Source: Vicugna vicugna
Taxonomy: Eukaryota
Direction of reading: 5' to 3'
Length of the DNA stretch: 60,000 nt
NCBI GenBank assembly: GCA_013265495.1
Contig: MU057887.1
Span: 1,439,985 to 1,499,984, forward strand
The notes beneath the pieces are model-generated. The model saw nothing but the letters and a program-made list of their open reading frames with translations. It had not been told where the DNA came from and did no database searches. Below are positions 1-10,493 of this stretch, in pieces. Made by a program: the position numbers and the translations under genes. Every line of letters starts with the position of its first letter. The stretch's first letter is position 1.

Positions 1-888
1 AAGTAGTTGATTAAATCTGTGTGTTTAAGAAAAAGCCTTGGCCTTTATCCAGGACGTCAAGACAAGAGACACTCAGCAGGTGGGGAAAACGATAAAGCCT
101 GGTGCTGGGCCTTTCCCAGCTTCGGAACGTTCACGCCCGCAAGGGTGAGCTGATTAGCCAGGCAGCCCCCCGTTCTCACCTGAAGCAGAAGCATGAGAAT
201 CCGTACATTCAGGAGTTTTCCTGAAAAAAGTTCACTTCTTTCACCTGGGGCTTTTAAACCCCTCAGCCGAGCATGAGAAGCTGAGAGGGGCAGTTGGGGG
301 TGTCCTGCCTCTGCACCGCCGCCCCCCAAATGAAGGCGGGGAGCCGCCCTTGCCTCGGAGCATGACCCCCCGCCCCCGCACCTCTCTGGACCACTCTATA
401 AATAGCCACAGATGTGCTGAGCACCCACTGTGTGCCAGGCCCCAGGCCCACAGGGCAAAGCAGAGGAGAAAGACACCATTGTCCCCCCTGAACCATACAC
501 ATGTTCCCTCTGACTGTCACCACCCGGGACCCCAACCCTTCCTTGTTTCCTCAGGTTACCCCGGTTACCCTTCCAAAACAAACGTGCAGAAGGGAAGAGG
601 GTTATTTACTGTCCCCCCCTCCACCCAACGTTCAGGGAGGGCTCTTGCACGAACTTAGGTGTTCAGGTTACAGGACAAAAAGAAAAAAACCGCAAACTAT
701 TTCCCTCAAGGCTGAGAGCTGAAAAGAATCAAGCCAAACTTAGGAATATTTTCCATACTCTCTGCCCCACATGATAAAATCTACTTTTGTTTGCATCCAA
801 GTGCTGGCAGAGATGGAGGCCCCGTGGCCCTGAGCCACACTACATGCCCCAGGGAGGGGAGGCAGACTTGGCTACTAGGGCCTTGGCA

Positions 889-1495
889 CCCACCATCACA
901 CCCACCATCCACCATCACACCCACCATCACACCCACCATCCACCATCACAACCACCATCACACCCACCATCCACCATCCACCATCACACATCAGCCCAGA
1001 CCAAAGCATNNNNNNNNNNNNNNNNNNNNNNNNNNNNNNNNNNNNNNNNNNNNNNNNNNNNNNNNNNNNNNNNNNNNNNNNNNNNNNNNNNNNNNNNNNN
1101 NNNNNNNNNNNNNNNNNNNNNNNNNNNNNNNNNNNNNNNNNNNNNNNNNNNNNNNNNNNNNNNNNNNNNNNNNNNNNNNNNNNNNNNNNNNNNNNNNNNN
1201 NNNNNNNNNNNNNNNNNNNNNNNNNNNNNNNNNNNNNNNNNNNNNNNNNNNNNNNNNNNNNNNNNNNNNNNNNNNNNNNNNNNNNNNNNNNNNNNNNNNN
1301 NNNNNNNNNNNNNNNNNNNNNNNNNNNNNNNNNNNNNNNNNNNNNNNNNNNNNNNNNNNNNNNNNNNNNNNNNNNNNNNNNNNNNNNNNNNNNCCACCCA
1401 CCACCACCATCCCCCATCACACCCACCATCACACCCACCATCCCCCATCACACCCACCATCACACCCACCATCCCCCATCACACCCACCATCACA
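889..1495. repeat. (CCACCATCACAC / CCACCAT)n low-complexity tandem repeat spanning an assembly gap
   Basis: Units cacccaccatca and ccaccat occur on both sides of the N run 1010-1393. Confidence 0.9.
1010..1393. other. Assembly gap
   Basis: Run of N. Confidence 1.
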
Positions 1496-3234
1496 TCTAC
1501 CTGCTTCCTTAACAGGTTTCTGCTCTCAAGTGTCAAAATGGGCAGGTGTGTGCATCAGCCCAGACCAAAGCATACTCTCAGTGGTGACACCAGGCCCTGG
1601 ATAGAGTTCTGGCATCCCTAACACCAGTCACTTTTCCAGATGTGATTTCAACACCACCCCTCTTTCTGAGGGGGACTTTTTCCAAGATTAAAAAAAAATC
1701 AGCTCCATGTCACCCTAGTTGGTAGGGGGAGTGGGGCCCAAGCAGAGAGCCAATGTTACTAAGTAGCCAGTGCTGAGAGGGGAGCCCCGGTCCTCCCTCA
1801 TGAGTCCAGGTCCCCTTGGCCTTCAGCCCCTGCCCATCCTCCCCTGCCCCTGCTCCTCCATCACAGGCCCCGTGACTCAAAGAGAAGCCGACGCTGCCGT
1901 CCCCGCCCCCATTCCTGCTGCCCCGTCTACACTCAGCTCGGCCACAACAGTCACTCAACTGCCACTGAGGCTTATCCCCCTGTCCAGTGCTCCCCAAAGG
2001 TGCCACTGCCACCATCACAGCCACCTGAACACCTGCACAAGCAGGTAGAGCCACAGGGCGGGCCAGGATGTTGTGCACCTTAACTGGTCCACTCCCTGGG
2101 CCCTCACCTCAGCCCAGGTCCCCACGGCCACCCAGCCTTCCCTCTGAACCTCACCCACGCCTGGCGGCCCAGTCCTCTGCTCCTCAAGCCCCCACCACCC
2201 CGGTCTCATGGAGCTACCGAGGACCTCCCCTTGGCTAGGCCAAGTCACATCTCTGTCCTGAGGCTCCCCGAGCTCCAGAAGGCATCTGCCACCAGCGACC
2301 CCCTTCAGGCTCTCACTCTCTCAGTCCCTAGGGCCCCAGACCCTCGGTTTTTTCCCTCCTACGGGTGGTCATTCTGGCCTCAGCTTTCATGAAGAGCCCT
2401 ACTCAGGCCACGGCTCCTCCAGGCTGCACCTGAGCCCCATCCCCACCATAGGTGCCCCCTGCCCGAGTGCCCTTACACCCTGCAGACGGGTCACTGACCA
2501 CCCCCAGCCATGATGGCCTCTCTGTCACCCTCGAGGCCATGCTCACCACCTCCGGCTGTGACCCCAGCTGGTCTCTCCTGCTCAGACCTGCATGTCCAAC
2601 CATCTTCACGACAATGTCAAAGGGGCCCAGCCACCCGGGGTCCAAAGCAGCCTTGTGGTCCTCCCTGTGCACACGCCTCCTCATCCCATCCTCAGCTACA
2701 TGCTCCCCAAAGCACAGCCTGAGAGCACACAGTGTGGGAGAGGCTCAGATCCCAGTGCTTCCACCACAAACCAGGTTCCCCCACCAGGTGGGTGGAGACT
2801 CTGGGGCCCTGGTTTGCTCCTCAAGGAGTTGATACTGTTCATTGACGGGGCCGCTGCAGGAGCAGACCCAGTGCTCAGACAGGTGGCTCGGGGTCGGGGG
2901 AGTTCCCAGCACGAGGAGCACATTGGCTGACGGACCCCATCCTCACCTCCCTAACCCCCTCCATTCACCCACGCTCCACCGCCACCCTGAGCAGGACCAA
3001 GCCCCACTTCGGACCTTTCTTCCACCCTCCATGCTCACCCTAGAGCCCTCTTCCCATCAGCAGCCCAGGCGTCAGTCAAAAGGCACCACTCAGCCCCAAA
3101 CCTCCCCGACAGTCAGCCCTCTCCAGGCGGGGGGAGAGGGCTTCCGCCACACCTGGTCCCCCGGCCAGGGAGGCCTGCCACACACTGGCCCGGGGGCGTC
3201 CCCATGCCCACCCTCTCCCGCACCTCCATCCCCC

Positions 3235-3350
3235 TGAATCTGGTTCCCTGTTTATCCCATTGTCCCCACCCAACATTTGAAAGGACAGGGGCCACAGAGC
3301 CTGGCACACAGTAGGTCTGGCACACAATAGGTGCTCACTAAACAAACACT
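3235..3350 (+). mobile_element. L2 3' end (ancient LINE-2)
   Basis: agagcctggcacacagtagg...gcacacaataggtgctcactaaac resembles the L2 terminal motif; includes a local 16-bp duplication. Confidence 0.65.
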
Positions 3351-4203
3351 CCATTGTTTCTGAAAGTATGTTGGCAAGTGATTACCTCCAAGTTACTGAA
3401 GCCCTGAGACAGTTAACCAGCTTCTCAAAGTACCTACCTCTCCCGGGGCAGATTATGTCACTGGAGAATCCAGCCTGACAACTGACGTGGTTTAAGCTGG
3501 TCTGATCCTTTTCCAGCCCGTGGGATTCAGAAAAAAAACAATGCATGCATTCCGACGCGGCCCGGTACAATGCCCGTCCTCCAACTTCCTTGTTGGCAAG
3601 CATCTATTTCAAAGTCCCTACGATATCCTGCATTTAACTCAGCAAACACTTTTTAAAACTTTATCAAGCAAGCCCCGACGACTTTATCCCAGCGCCTCCC
3701 GACCAAAGTAAACGGGTAAAGGTGACTCAATCTTGTGTTTCACAGAGTTTCAGTATTTTCTGACATGTCTGAATGACTCATCGCCCAAGCATTTGCACCC
3801 CACGAGCGCTGCTTATCCCACATCCACAGGTCCGCACGCCCACAAGCACAAGGTCGCTTTCCAACGCCGCGTCCTGGGATGGGCGGCTCGCAGCTCGACA
3901 GCCTCGGGCACACACACGTTCAAGCCAAGTTTACAACGTCCACGTTATTATAAGACCAATATCTAGAAGGACTAACCAGAGGGCTCCACAAGCGACAGTC
4001 CCATCAGGTTGTTACCCACGCGGCTTTGAAAAACGCAAACATGGCTGTTACCGACGTTCAGAGGGCAAAGCCCCAGCACAGAATTTTAAACCTTGTTCAA
4101 AAACCGTCGCATATAAAACGAACGTCTTGTGTCGCTGGATGTCATCCAAAAATGGCAGCTATTTGAATGGGACTATATTCAGAATCCAAAAAATTTCGGG
4201 AAA

Positions 4204-4330
4204 GGGGAGGGGATAGCTCAGTGGCCAAGCGCGTGCTTAGCATGCACAAGGTCCTGGGTTCAATCCCCAGTGCCTCCATTAAATAAATAAATATATGTAT
4301 GAACCTCATCACCTCCCCCCACAAAAAAAA
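4204..4330 (+). mobile_element. tRNA-Ala-derived camelid SINE (vic-1-like)
   Basis: ggggaggggatagctcagtgg...gcttagcatgcac...gggttcaatccccagtgcctcc with an (AAAT)n / C-rich / A tail; several more copies in the window. Confidence 0.85.
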
Positions 4331-4982
4331 CTTCAAACAGTGTTTTGTCCTCGGTGGGCCACATCAACCCTCTCTGCTCACAGTCGAAAGATTACAGTAA
4401 AACCCCCAGCCAGGCGAAGGGAACGGCTCTCCTGAGTACGTCCATCGCGGGTACCACCATGCCCCCCCACCCCCATCCTGGCTTGGCTCCCACAAAACCT
4501 AGTGGACCACTGGGCTTTTCTTTATAGCACCTCCGGGGCGGTAATAACGCACTGGAGGCTGCAGGGTTTGGCTGTAAACCCGCGGAAGCCAGTAACACTT
4601 CACTGAAAACAGCACATGAATTTGAAACCACAGCCTTTCCCACTGTTTCTTTTGACAAACCTAAGACTCCCGCTCTGGTTAATTCAAAGGTTGAGCTTTT
4701 TGTGTCATTCTGTTTCTGCACACAGCCTTGCTGTTGGGAATTACAGATTTTATAGTTTACAGTAATTCTTCCCTTTGAAGCATTAAACAGTTGCCAAATG
4801 GTCGGAGGGTGGCGAAGGGGCCCAAGGTGCCTACCTCACACCGCAGCAAGGAGTCAGTGCTGGAGCAATCCAGCTCAGGCACTAATTCCTCAAAACTTTT
4901 CTCTCAGATAAGAGAGGGGAGTGTGAAGAGTTGGCTGTTTTGTTTTGGTTGGATCACGGCTGGATGCCTGGCGCTCCTGCTC

Positions 4983-5050
4983 GGGCTGTGTGACCCTGAG
5001 GAAGTGACTTAACACTCCTGAGCCTCAGTCTGTTCATCTGTACAGTGGGC
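4983..5050 (+). mobile_element. MIR core fragment
   Basis: gctgtgtgaccctgaggaagtgacttaacactcctgagcctcagtctgttcatctgtac matches the MIR core pattern. Confidence 0.75.
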
Positions 5051-5340
5051 AGCTTCACCTCCCAGGTACCAGGTACCAGAGTTTACAAAACTGCTGTCCA
5101 GTCAGAACCCAGTAAAAGGGTATCATCATCATCTGGGAGGGTGGACCCAAGAGGCCCAGTGCCTGATTTACACGAGCGTGTGTCACACAGGATTCAGAGC
5201 CCAGAGCCAGATCAGAGACAATTACACAGCGTGGCGCCCCCAACCCACCTTCAACTGTGGGCCTGGCCACCAGGTAGGCAAGACAGCCCTCGGCAACTAA
5301 CCTCTTTTGAATAACAACCATCCTAAATCCTTCATCCAGC

Positions 5341-5358
5341 GGGGGGGGGGGGGGGGGG
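5341..5358. repeat. poly-G tract (G18)
   Basis: Direct observation. Confidence 0.95.
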
Positions 5359-6886
5359 CAGCCCACATTCCTGATGCTTCAGACACACGAAGCACCCCTG
5401 CCCCCGACCTGCACCCGTTCCCACGAGCACCACACACACCCCTTGCAGAGTCGAAACCCGATGACGCGGCCAAGCCGTGTGTATATAGGCTAAATATGTC
5501 ACTCCGCTTCATCTCGCAGATAAAACAGGACAGGAAGAAAAACAGAAAACGCAAATGGGAATTTGTGAGTCTTTTTTTAACCTGTCATCGCTCAGCATAC
5601 CCATAACCCCGGTTAACACTCCTCCTTAAGGGTGGTTCCGTACTCTCCACGCATGTTCTCAACTTCACAAAACCCACAACAGTCACCTACAGGTAGGTTC
5701 TGCCGCCAAAATCAATGCGGCAGGATTACATCACTTCAGAACTGGACCTGTAATTCCAGATTTAAGCAACTGGAACCTGTTTGCCAGCCATTCCTTGTAT
5801 GTCAAGAATTACAGCCAAATGTGGAAGTAAAATTAATCAGAGCAGCTTTTTGATTCTTCCACGGCTTCCATGGATGTCTTGTGTTATAATAATTTAAACA
5901 GCTCATCTGAAATATGAACTCAGCCCACAGCTCCGAGCCTTTCTTGGTGACAGTTTGGTCCACTGGTTAAGGTCACCTGCCTGCAGGAGCCCTCAGGGGT
6001 CTCTTTACTGCTCCCCAAACCCCTCACCCCCATCAAATCCTTCTCTCTCTTCTGTGTCTTCTAATTTCCACCCTTCTGTCTGTCTCTGTCTCTGGCCCCA
6101 CAGCCCCGCCTGGCACAGGAGGGTCAGCAGAATGGACCAACTCTTGACGGCCTGCGTTTGGCTGGCTGAACTGAGACGCCCTCCCTCTCCGGCTCACCTC
6201 CAGCCCCGGAGCCCGCAAGCAGGGTTCCCACACTGGCTCCACCACCAACTGGGCAGGCCTCTAAGTAACGCCAAATTACAAGCCCAGGTCCAGGAGCAAA
6301 AACCAAGATCAAACGAGGCTACACTTTCAAAGAACTCCCACCCGGGTGAGCACACGTAAGCCTGACTGTTATTATCTGGAGGAGACAGAGGAGAGACACG
6401 AAGAGAAAAACTCCAGCCGTATTACAGGGTGACTCAGGGACCTATCCAGCAATTTCCAACGGTCCCACCCGGGAACTAATTGGCACATGGAGCGGACAGT
6501 GACCTTTGATCTTTCCAGACAGGCGTGTGGCTGACTACAGAGCACCACCAAGCAAACCAGACAACTCAGATAAGCCCGGAGACCAGGTGTTAATAGCAAA
6601 ACCAGCTACGGCCCTCTGGAAAGCCCAGGAGGCCCTGGTCTTGAACTTGAAGAAACCCGGGCCTGCTCCCAGCACAGATGCTGAGGTCAGCAGTGCCTCG
6701 CCCCTCCTACTCCCTTGGCTCAGGTGGGGAGCACGTCTCCAGCTAGCGGTACCCAACCATCCAACCGGAGGCCACAAGTCCCCGAAGAGCTGCCCGGGCC
6801 CTGCCCAGATGTGCCCCAGCACGCCAGGCAGGCTCCTGGCAGGTCCCTGCAGCTCTCCAGGTGGCCCAGCAGGAGCCCCCACGGCC

Positions 6887-6893
6887 ACTCACC
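6887..6893 (-). other. CELSR1: 5' splice donor of CELSR1 intron 1
   Basis: Minus strand reads TTTCTG|GTGAGTGG, and cadherin similarity stops exactly here. Confidence 0.93.
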
Positions 6894-9800
6894 AGAAACA
6901 GACACCTCCATCAGCGCCTCCAGCGGCCGGTTGTTGTCCAGGTCACGGCTGAGCTGCAGCTCGCCCGTGGCGGGGTCCAGCAGCAGCAGCTGGAGCTCGT
7001 TGCCCTGCAGGAAGGTGTAGTTGAGGCTGTCGGAGAGGTCAGGATCATGGGCCGGGATGCGGCCGATGACGCCGGTGGGAAAGCTGTTGGACTTATTGGT
7101 GACATAGTTGTTGAAGAGGATCTGGAAGTCCGGCAGCACGGGCGGGTTGTCGTTCTGGTCCAGTAGGCGGACGCGCACTGTGGCCCGGCTCACCAGGGGG
7201 GCCGACGTGGCCTGCACCACCAGCACGTACTCCTGCCGGACCTCAAAGTCCAGCTCGACCAGGGCACGCAGATCCCCACTCAGCAAGTCCAGCTGGAAGA
7301 CCTCAGGTGCGTTGCCTTCCACAATCTGATACATGATCTGGGCGTTGGGGCCTTCGTCGGGGTCGCTGGCTCGAATCTTGGCCACCACAGACCCCACCGG
7401 GCTGTTCTCCTCCACAAACAGCTCCAGCTCGTCCCTCTCAAACACTGGAGGGTTGTCATTGATGTCCAAGACGGTCACCTGGATTTCCACCGAGGCACTG
7501 AGGGTCACCGGGCTACCCCGGTCCACAGCCAGGGCCCGAAGGTTGTACACGGCCACGTTCTCTCGGTCCAGCCGGCGCTGGGTGCGGATCACGCCGGACG
7601 TGGGCTCAATGTAGAAGTCCCCATCGCCATCGTCCCCACCCTGGAAGGTATACAGCAGGCGGCCATTGGGGCCTGAGTCCCGATCCGTGGCTGAGACCTG
7701 GAGGACGCTGGTTGACGGGGGAGCATCCTCGAAGACGGAACCCTGGTAGAAATCCCGCAGGAACCGAGGTGCATTGTCGTTGGCGTCTAGGATGAGGATC
7801 TCCAGGGAGGTGGTGTCAGACTTCTGAGGGATGCCATTGTCCCGAGCAGTGATGGCCAGCGTGTAGGCGGCCTGGTCCTCATAGTCCAGCTCTGTCATGG
7901 TGTAGATGGTGCCGGAGTCCGGGTCGATGCGGAACTGTGGCACAGGGTCCTCCAGCACATAGGTGATGCGTGCGTTCTCCCCTGTGTCCTCGTCGGTGGC
8001 ACTGATGGTGGCGATGGAGGTGCCCACCGGCCGGTCCTCGCTGACGCTCACCGTATAGTGGGAGCTCTGGAAGACCGGCCGGTGGGTGTTGGCGTCCGTG
8101 ACGTTGATGAAGACTTGCGCGGTGTGCGAGCGCATGCCATCCGATGCGGTTACCGCCAGCACGTACTGCCGCTCCTGCTTGTAGTCCAGCGGCAGCGCCA
8201 GGGTGATGAGGCCGCCGCCGCTCTGGCTGCTGAGGGCGAAGCGGTTCCGGGTGTTGCCGCCAGTGAGTTGGTAGGTGATCACACTGTTAGCATCCCGGTC
8301 GAGGGCCCGCAGGGTCAGCACGCTGCTCCCCACGGCTGCGTCCTCGTTCAGACGCAGCTCGTATACGGGCTGCGTGAACATGGGGTCATTGTCATTCACG
8401 TCCAGCACCGTGATGGACACGCTGGCCGAGGAACTCATGGGCGGAGAGCCGTGGTCCACCGCCTCCACCCCGAAGCTGTACTGCTCCACCTCCTCGCGGT
8501 CCAGCTCCGCGCACACGGTGATCCAGCCCGAGCTGTTGTGGATCTGGAAAGGGAAGTCCGCAGCCGGGCCGGGGTCTTGGGAACCTGCACTACCACTTCC
8601 CACGGAGGCTGAGGCAGTGTCCACCAGGCGGTAGCGCAGACGCGCGTTCTCACCTGCATCTGCGTCCACCGCCTGAATGTGCAGCACCGAGTAGCCCAGA
8701 GGCACGTTCTCCAGCACGGCTGCCTGAAAGGGGCTGCTCACGAATATGGGGGCGTTGTCGTTCACGTCCAGCACCTGCACCGAGACCAGCCCCGAGGAAT
8801 TGATGAGTGGAGGCCGGCCCCCATCCTGGGCCTTGATGCGCAGCGTGTACTCCCGGATGGCCTCGAAGTCCAGCGGGTTGATCACGTCCAGGCTGCCGCT
8901 CAGCGAATGCAGGTAGAACTGCCCCTTCAGGTTCCCGCTGATGATACTATAGTGTATGGCCGCGTTCTGGCCCTGGTCCCGATCTGTGGCCTGCACTCGC
9001 AGCACTGGCGTGTTGACCGCCACGTCCTCGGGCACCTGGACCACGTAGCGCTTCTCGCTGAACTGCGGGTAGTTGTCGTTCTCGTCCTCCACCACGATGT
9101 GCACAGTGGCGGTGGCACTGAGAGGGCCTGGGTTGCGGCCCTGGTCGTTGGCCTCCACCAGCAGCTGGTAGGCGGCCTCTTCTTCCCGGTCCACCACTGC
9201 CCGGGTGCGCACCACGCCTGTGCGCTCATCAATCTCGAAAACGCCGCCCGCACCCTCCAGCAGGCGGTAGCGCATATTGGCATTGGAGGGCGCGTCGCCG
9301 TCGGTGGCGCGAATGGTCAGCACCTCGTAGCCCACTTCGAGGTTCTCGCGCACGCGCTCGCGGTACTCAGACTGCTCGAAGACAGGACTGTGGTCGTTGG
9401 TGTCGCTGACTGTGACGGTGAGGTAGGTGGCGGCCGAGCGCCGCGGCGAGCCGTGGTCCACAGCGCTCACCTTGAGAACATGCGTGTCCTTGGTCTCGCG
9501 GTCCAGTGCACGGGCGGTGCTCACCAACCCTGTGTCAGAGTCGATGAGAAAATAGCCATTGGAGCGCTCGTCGAACAGCGCCTCCATCTGGTAGCTAAGG
9601 CGCCCCGCCTCCCCCTCGTCAGGGTCGTGCGCGCGCAGCTCGATGACCTCCGTGCCCGCCGGCTGGTTCTCGGGCACCGACACCTGGTAGCTGGGCAGCT
9701 GGAACTGCGGGCTAGTGCTGCCGCCAGCGCCCCGCCGGGCCCGCCGCGCCGCCCCTGCCCTGGCCCCAGGCAGACTTGGCGACGACGGCGACAGCGATGG

Positions 9801-10493
9801 CGAGGGTGTCCCCGAGGACGCCTCCAGCTCCAGCTCCACCCAGATGGTGCCGGTCGCGCGCCGCAGGGCACATAGCAGGCGGAGGCGGGCCGAGCCACCA
9901 GGCGGCAGGCAGACAGGGCGGCGTGGGCAACGGGACGGGAGGCGCGGCGGGCAGCTGCAGGCGGGGAACGTGGTCAGGGCCGCGAGCGCCGAGTGCAGCG
10001 TGTCCCCGCCGCCGCCTCCGGGGGTCGGGAAGCAGAGCAACGCGCCGGGGCCGGGCACCGTGAGCACAGCCCGCGCACGCAACTCCGCGCCGGGAGCCCG
10101 ACCGCGCGGGGGTCGGGCGCCGCAACCCGGACCGTGCGCGCGTGCCCGCAGGCGGAGGCTCAGAGCGGTTTGGGAGCCACGGGCCACCAGGCGGACATGC
10201 AGCGGCAGCGGACGCCCCGCCAGGCGAGCGCAGCCCCGGGGCCCCGCGCCGGGCCCGCGCCGCCGCCCCGCCAGCCGCCCGCCGCGGCTCACGTCCAGCA
10301 GTTCCCGCAGCGCCCGGGGCGTGCGCGCGGCGTCCAGCGCATAGGTCCATCCGGGCCCGAGGGCAAAGGCGCGGGCCCCGCCGGGCACGCGCAGCTCCCA
10401 GGCGGCAGCTCGAAGCCCCAGTACCGGTAGGGCGGCGGCCGCAGCCAGGAGTAGCAGCGCGGGCAGCACGGGCGGCGGCGGCGGCGGCGCCAT
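6893..10493 (-). CDS. CELSR1: CELSR1 coding exon 1 (cadherin EGF LAG seven-pass G-type receptor 1): signal peptide, pro-region, EC1-EC8 and most of EC9; the gene continues past the left edge of the window
   Basis: ORF 6720..10691(-) contains MAPPPPPPVLPALLLLAAAAALP from ATG at 10493 (strong Kozak gggccATGG), an RRARR furin-type site, and repeated cadherin motifs (PE/LE, DxD, LDRE/LDYE, DxNDNxP). It ends at ...ALMEVSVS, followed by the splice donor G|GTGAGT at 6892. Coding length is 3601 nt (1200 codons + 1 nt, phase 1). Confidence 0.97.

Larger units (their letters stand above)
1..6892 (-). other. CELSR1: CELSR1 intron 1 (5' part)
   Basis: Lies downstream of the exon-1 donor on the minus strand; no further cadherin-like coding; contains SINE, L2, MIR and simple repeats. 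Confidence 0.9.

Noticed and set aside
787..1621. His/Pro/Thr-rich ORFs
   Set aside because: Translations of a simple repeat plus an N gap.
6720..6892. C-terminal tail of the 1323-aa ORF (GEWPWGLL...)
   Set aside because: Read-through into intron 1 past the GTGAGT donor.
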